Positions 62,601 to 64,000 of a DNA stretch of 64,000 nucleotides are shown piece by piece (within the stretch, counting starts at the first letter, position 1; each line of letters opens with the position of its first letter). The translations under genes and the position numbers were made by a program. This DNA is from Lama glama (Eukaryota). The stretch covers positions 3,534,001-3,598,000 of the forward strand of contig CM052830.1 of NCBI GenBank assembly GCA_028534125.1. The letters run 5' to 3'. Below the pieces are notes generated by a model. That model saw only the letters and a program-made list of their open reading frames with translations, was not told the origin of the DNA and made no database searches.

Positions 62601-63529
62601 AGCTAGTCCTGGGGGGAGAATGTCTGCACTTTCCATCAAGCATCCCTGAGCACATTTGAAACATGAGCCACTGATCAACAAGATCTCATGTTTTGACACG
62701 CCTTGGGGAGGGGGGGTTTCAGACTGAGGAATTAAAGAATGAATCTTCTGATGGATGAAGCCATCCCAGGCTGATGAAAGAGCTGAAATCTAAATTGATC
62801 AAACCAATCCTGGTGTTGAGCACAGGTAGGGAGTCTGTGTGGTCAGATGAGGCTGGAGACCTGCTTGCCTGAGGAAGGGCTGGCCTGAGGGATGGCCGTG
62901 CCCCCAGAAGTCTCTCCCTGGGCACTGGAGGTCTGCCGGGCCACCTCCTTGGGATTTGGGGTGTGTGTCCCACACAGTCGGCCTCCCTGGGGAGTGGTTT
63001 TGGTGCTTTGCTTGTGTGCCTGCCTTCTGGCGCCAGGAAGTGAGGCCAGACCCAAAGTGTGTGTGTGGGGGGGGAGCTCGAGGCCCCATACCCCAGCACA
63101 TGTACTTTGTGTGTGAGCCTCTGATTCCCAGTGTGGTTTCTAAGGAGGCCAGGGCACCCCTGCCTGTCCCCAGCTCAGTGGGAAAACTGTCATCATGTGA
63201 AAAGTCCAATTTTTCACACCCCTGGTGTCAGCTCCAGCTGAAGGGAAACCAGCACTGGACTGTGTGTAAAACCCCCTGCAGATCTGGTGGGGTGCCCAGG
63301 TGAGTCCCCAGGTCAGGCAGGTCACGCTGCCTTCGCTCTGAGCGCAGGGCCTTCACACAGGAAATGCTCGGAGGGTTTGCATCCAGCCACATCGAGGGGA
63401 GGGAGCGGGGAGAGGTGGAGGCAGGAAGCCGGGCCAGCCCCTCTCTCTTGTTGACAGATCCACATGAAGACCATGCCAGCCGCCATGTTCAGGCTCCTCA
63501 CAGGCCAGGAGACCCCGCTCTACATCTAG
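4684..63529 (+). CDS. APBA2: APBA2 / Mint2 / X11-like, full spliced CDS: join(4684-5634,27962-28042,29317-29353,42092-42237,42964-42999,45821-45907,51618-51803,54927-55106,55995-56207,57669-57788,60519-60659,63458-63529) = 2250 nt, 749 aa
   Basis: Exons found by hand with AG/GT boundaries and consistent phases; lengths 951+81+37+146+36+87+186+180+213+120+141+72=2250. Translation matches recalled Mint2 ([55 protein letters not shown], end QETPLYI). Confidence 0.97.
5758..5933 (-). mobile_element. tRNA-derived SINE (Vic-1-like)
   Basis: Reverse complement of ggagagggtatagctcagtggcggagcgcatgcttagcatgc...; T-rich tail. Confidence 0.85.
6580..6725 (-). mobile_element. Old L1 3' end fragment
   Basis: gtataatttgatgaattttgg...aaccaccaccacaatcaagata. 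Confidence 0.6.
7700..8680 (-). mobile_element. L1 (L1MB/MA-like) fragment, partly N
   Basis: gttgctggatcatatggtaac, ttacattcccaccaccagtg, gttttgatttgcatttcctaatgattag. Confidence 0.85.
8682..8905 (-). mobile_element. Younger L1 3' end fragment
   Basis: attgaagtatagttgatttacaatgttgtgttagtttc... Confidence 0.8.
9394..9559 (-). mobile_element. Vic-1-like SINE
   Basis: Reverse-complement tRNA-like head and T-rich tail. Confidence 0.85.
9588..9695 (+). mobile_element. Vic-1-like SINE with 14-bp TSD
   Basis: A box agctcagtgg, B box ggttcaatccc; TSD aatgctgagtagca (9574-9587) / aatgctgaatagca (9696-9709). Confidence 0.9.
10676..11586 (+). mobile_element. TcMar-Tigger element (MER82-like) with decayed transposase N-terminus
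   Basis: MER82-like termini, right end gttgactg|TA; peptide remnants [12 protein letters not shown] and [12 protein letters not shown] resemble psq/CENP-B HTH. Confidence 0.7.
16518..16538 (-). promoter_or_regulatory. RE1/NRSE (REST site)
   Basis: Minus strand TTCAGCACCAAGGACAGCGCA vs consensus TTCAGCACCNNGGACAGCGCC. Confidence 0.8.
17470..17830 (+). mobile_element. L1MB-like 3' end
   Basis: gagttagtgtttaatgggtacag, gtggtgatgattgcacaac, aaattttattttatgtatatttacc. Confidence 0.75.
17851..17955 (+). mobile_element. Vic-1-like SINE inserted in an L1 A-tail
   Basis: ggggggaatagctcagtgg...cctccattaaaaaaa; flanks aagaaagaaa(g/a)ggct. Confidence 0.85.
19520..22545 (-). mobile_element. L1MB-like fragment split by Tigger1 (L1 parts about 19520-19735 and 22116-22545)
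   Basis: L1 sequence reads continuously across the junction: tctgttttctctcta | tgtaggtttgcctatttc. Confidence 0.75.
19736..22115 (-). mobile_element. Tigger1 DNA transposon, near full length (about 2.38 kb incl. Ns), decayed
   Basis: 5' terminus ...gtatgcctg at 22115; transposase remnant [25 protein letters not shown]; TA at the left flank. Confidence 0.88.
24808..25170 (-). mobile_element. MaLR solo LTR (MLT1A-like)
   Basis: tctcactgttctggaggc...aagtccaagatcaagg...tggtgtctggtgag...gggctccaccct. Confidence 0.75.
26425..26600. repeat. AT-rich low-complexity patch with 4 copies of TTATTTATAA/TTATAAATAA
   Basis: Copies at 26434, 26451, 26491, 26537. Confidence 0.6.
26975..27612 (+). mobile_element. 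L1MB-like 3' end
   Basis: actgttggtggaaatgtaaaatgg...aagagttctggagatgg. Confidence 0.85.
27628..27748 (+). mobile_element. Vic-1-like SINE with perfect 15-bp TSD
   Basis: TSD AAGAATAATAATAAA at 27613-27627 and 27749-27763; intact A/B boxes. Confidence 0.92.
27962..28042 (+). CDS. APBA2: APBA2 coding exon 2 ([27 protein letters not shown])
   Basis: tttacag|GTT...GAG|gtaact, 81 nt, phase 0/0. Confidence 0.95.
28382..28577 (-). mobile_element. MER20-like hAT-Charlie MITE
   Basis: ggcaccattgacatctggg...tagcaacc...gttgtgaccaccaaa...attgccaagtgtcccc...gagaaccact. Confidence 0.7.
28790..28985 (-). mobile_element. Short L1 3' end
   Basis: T-tail + ttttacaatgttgtgtcaaattcc...cctgtgctacacagta. Confidence 0.75.
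29317..29353 (+). CDS. APBA2: APBA2 coding exon 3 ([12 protein letters not shown], 37 nt)
   Basis: cctaacag|ACA...GCTG|gtaagt; phase 0/1; not visible in the ORF track. Confidence 0.93.
30665..31170 (-). mobile_element. 5'-truncated L1 with perfect 16-bp TSD
   Basis: AAGAAGTTCACTTTTC at 30649-30664 and 31171-31186. Confidence 0.92.
33470..34590 (-). mobile_element. L1 3' portion, largely N, interrupted by a SINE
   Basis: Same L1 3' UTR phrases as 1300-1950. Confidence 0.82.
33577..33667 (-). mobile_element. Vic-1-like SINE nested in L1
   Basis: TSD cattgtatgtt (33566-33576) / cattatatgtt (33668-33678). Confidence 0.87.
35319..35481 (-). mobile_element. Vic-1-like SINE
   Basis: TSD cagcgtcttctct (35306-35318) / cagcatcttctct (35482-35494). 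Confidence 0.88.
36549..36588. repeat. Imperfect (CAT)n microsatellite
   Basis: catcatcgtcatcatcatcatc. Confidence 0.6.
37110..37230 (+). mobile_element. MIR-like SINE remnant
   Basis: gtgaccttgggcaaa...ttcttatttgtcaaatgagg...gaggattggatgg. Confidence 0.5.
39478..39498 (+). promoter_or_regulatory. Second, weaker RE1-like site
   Basis: CTCAGCACCATGGAGAGCAGC fits NTYAGMRCCNNRGMSAG. Confidence 0.45.
39517..39874 (-). mobile_element. MaLR solo LTR (MLT1A-like)
   Basis: aaacaacagaaa...ctcacgattctagaagctggaag...gagggctccacc...gacctaatcacc. Confidence 0.75.
42092..42237 (+). CDS. APBA2: APBA2 coding exon 4 (start of PTB domain)
   Basis: cttcag|TTCCAGGC...GTCAAG|gtaggg, 146 nt, phase 1/0; [23 protein letters not shown]...SRVK. 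Confidence 0.95.
42964..42999 (+). CDS. APBA2: APBA2 36-nt cassette exon in the PTB domain ([12 protein letters not shown])
   Basis: Long pyrimidine tract, gctgctcag|AGG...GCG|gtgtgt; symmetric phase 0; needed for the 749-aa form. Confidence 0.9.
44355..44475 (-). mobile_element. Short L1 3' end
   Basis: ttattgacgtatagtcagttgacaatgttgtgtcaatttctgg. Confidence 0.75.
45137..45364 (-). mobile_element. Short L1 3' end with 10-bp TSD
   Basis: CTGTGACTTT at 45127-45136 and 45365-45374. Confidence 0.8.
45821..45907 (+). CDS. APBA2: APBA2 coding exon 6 (NSEGDAQ...NADTQ)
   Basis: ttccttag|AAC...CAG|gtgagt, 87 nt. Confidence 0.95.
51354..51562 (+). mobile_element. MER20-like MITE
   Basis: ggggacatttggc...ttgtcacagctgggg...tgctgctggcatctagtgagtagaggccagggatgctg...gaggttgagag. 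Confidence 0.72.
51618..51803 (+). CDS. APBA2: APBA2 coding exon 7 (ETMMDHAL...FESED)
   Basis: ctgatag|GAG...GAT|gtaagt, 186 nt. Confidence 0.95.
52173..52407. mobile_element. Tigger2-family MITE (MER8/Tigger2a-like), 235 bp
   Basis: TA|gagtggacccatgaaca ... gagggtcaactg|TA: inverted termini plus TA TSD. Confidence 0.8.
53663..53681 (-). promoter_or_regulatory. CTCF motif
   Basis: Minus strand AGACCACCAGGTGGCGCTA, near-consensus core. Confidence 0.65.
54244..54262 (+). promoter_or_regulatory. CTCF-like motif
   Basis: Core CCAGCAGGTGGCA at 54247-54259. Confidence 0.45.
54927..55106 (+). CDS. APBA2: APBA2 coding exon 8 (AQLIAQSIG...NCKE; end of PTB)
   Basis: cccgcag|GCC...GAG|gtgagg, 180 nt. 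Confidence 0.95.
55995..56207 (+). CDS. APBA2: APBA2 coding exon 9 (most of PDZ1)
   Basis: cttccag|CTG...AAG|gtgggt, 213 nt. Confidence 0.95.
57045..57082. promoter_or_regulatory. Paired NRF1 motifs in an intragenic CpG-rich patch
   Basis: CGCGCATGCGTG at 57045-57056 and perfect TGCGCATGCGCA at 57071-57082. Confidence 0.6.
57669..57788 (+). CDS. APBA2: APBA2 coding exon 10 (end of PDZ1, start of PDZ2)
   Basis: ctctgcag|GGG...ATT|gtgagt, 120 nt. Confidence 0.95.
60519..60659 (+). CDS. APBA2: APBA2 coding exon 11 (PDZ2)
   Basis: cccctag|ATC...GAG|gtgagc, 141 nt. Confidence 0.95.
61945..62580 (-). mobile_element. ERV solo LTR (ERV1-type by 4-bp TSD), 636 bp
   Basis: TGTT...AACA termini; GCTG TSD at 61941-61944 and 62581-62584; minus-strand TATAAAA at 62108-62114 and AATAAA at 62026-62031. 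Confidence 0.85.
63458..63529 (+). CDS. APBA2: APBA2 last coding exon ([23 protein letters not shown])
   Basis: ttgacag|ATC ... TAG at 63527-63529. Confidence 0.95.
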   Translation: MHMKTMPAAMFRLLTGQETPLYI

Positions 63530-64000
63530 GCTGACCGCCTGCACCCCGAGGAGCCGGAGCCGGACCCAGGACCTGACCCAGACCCCAGAGCCCCCAAGGA
63601 CCCGGGCTCCCCAGAAGGCCATGTCCTCACCACCCACTTTTTTTTTTGGACCCAGAGGGGTACGTCTTTACCCAAGGAGGGTCGCAGGAACCCATCTTCG
63701 TGGAACAATCGAGTATTTTGGCATGTCCTGAATTTTCTCGTGGCGGGCAGGGTTTAACTGTACCTCTGCGTGCTATGGAGTCTTCCCTTCCTGGAGCCGT
63801 GGAGGGTGAACGTGGCTGCTTCCAGATGTGGCCACAAACGTGAAGGGAGCCGCTCGAAGGCAGCGAGCTCTGGGGGGCAGTGGCGATGCCCTCACTGGGG
63901 CTCTGGGGTCCCGCAGGGACAGCAGTGGCCCAGAAGGGCTGCTTTGGTGCGAGCGTGGGCAGTCAGCTCTCAGGATGTGACTTGTAATGACAGTGAGGAA
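63530..64000 (+). other. APBA2: APBA2 3' UTR (partial; no AATAAA seen in the window)
   Basis: Follows the stop codon. Confidence 0.8.
63555..63607 (+). repeat. Degenerate hexamer tandem (CCNGAC-like) in the 3' UTR
   Basis: ccggag ccggac ccagga cctgac ccagac cccaga. Confidence 0.55.

Noticed and set aside
63530-63757. 75 open codons after the stop, with in-frame Pro-X repeats
   Set aside because: TAG-G is not a leaky context, the length is unremarkable at this GC content, and readthrough would remove the conserved PLYI terminus
1-64000. CRISPR arrays, operon-like or prokaryote-type systems, nested genes, snoRNA/miRNA
   Set aside because: No regularly spaced repeats, intact foreign ORFs or recognisable ncRNA motifs seen; an Rfam/Infernal scan would be needed to exclude small RNAs

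Overview
Mammalian genomic DNA, probably camelid (several Vic-1-like tRNA-derived SINEs). The window holds the complete protein-coding part of APBA2 (Mint2/X11-like) on the + strand. Twelve coding exons with canonical GT-AG junctions (4684-63529) splice to 2250 nt = 749 aa + stop: acidic N-terminus, PTB domain, two PDZ domains, C-terminal PLYI. The upstream non-coding exons and the end of the 3' UTR lie outside the window. Introns carry L1 fragments, SINEs with target-site duplications (TSDs), a near-full-length Tigger1 nested in an L1, other Tigger/hAT elements, MaLR LTRs and an intact antisense ERV1-type solo LTR. No second protein-coding gene, RNA gene or CRISPR array is supported; nearly all other ORFs in the track are GC-rich noise. 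The best leads are regulatory: (1) an NRF1/CpG intragenic promoter candidate whose first ATG could splice in frame to a PDZ2+tail mini-isoform, (2) a duplicated Sp1/CRE/CCAAT module just upstream of the first coding exon, (3) a strong-Kozak 3-codon uORF ending 9 nt before the start codon, (4) a near-perfect REST/RE1 site plus a second candidate, (5) a divergent CTCF pair, and (6) the control elements of a 36-nt neural-type exon. All functional claims are hypotheses from sequence alone. Repeat family names and human comparisons are from memory and need database confirmation.
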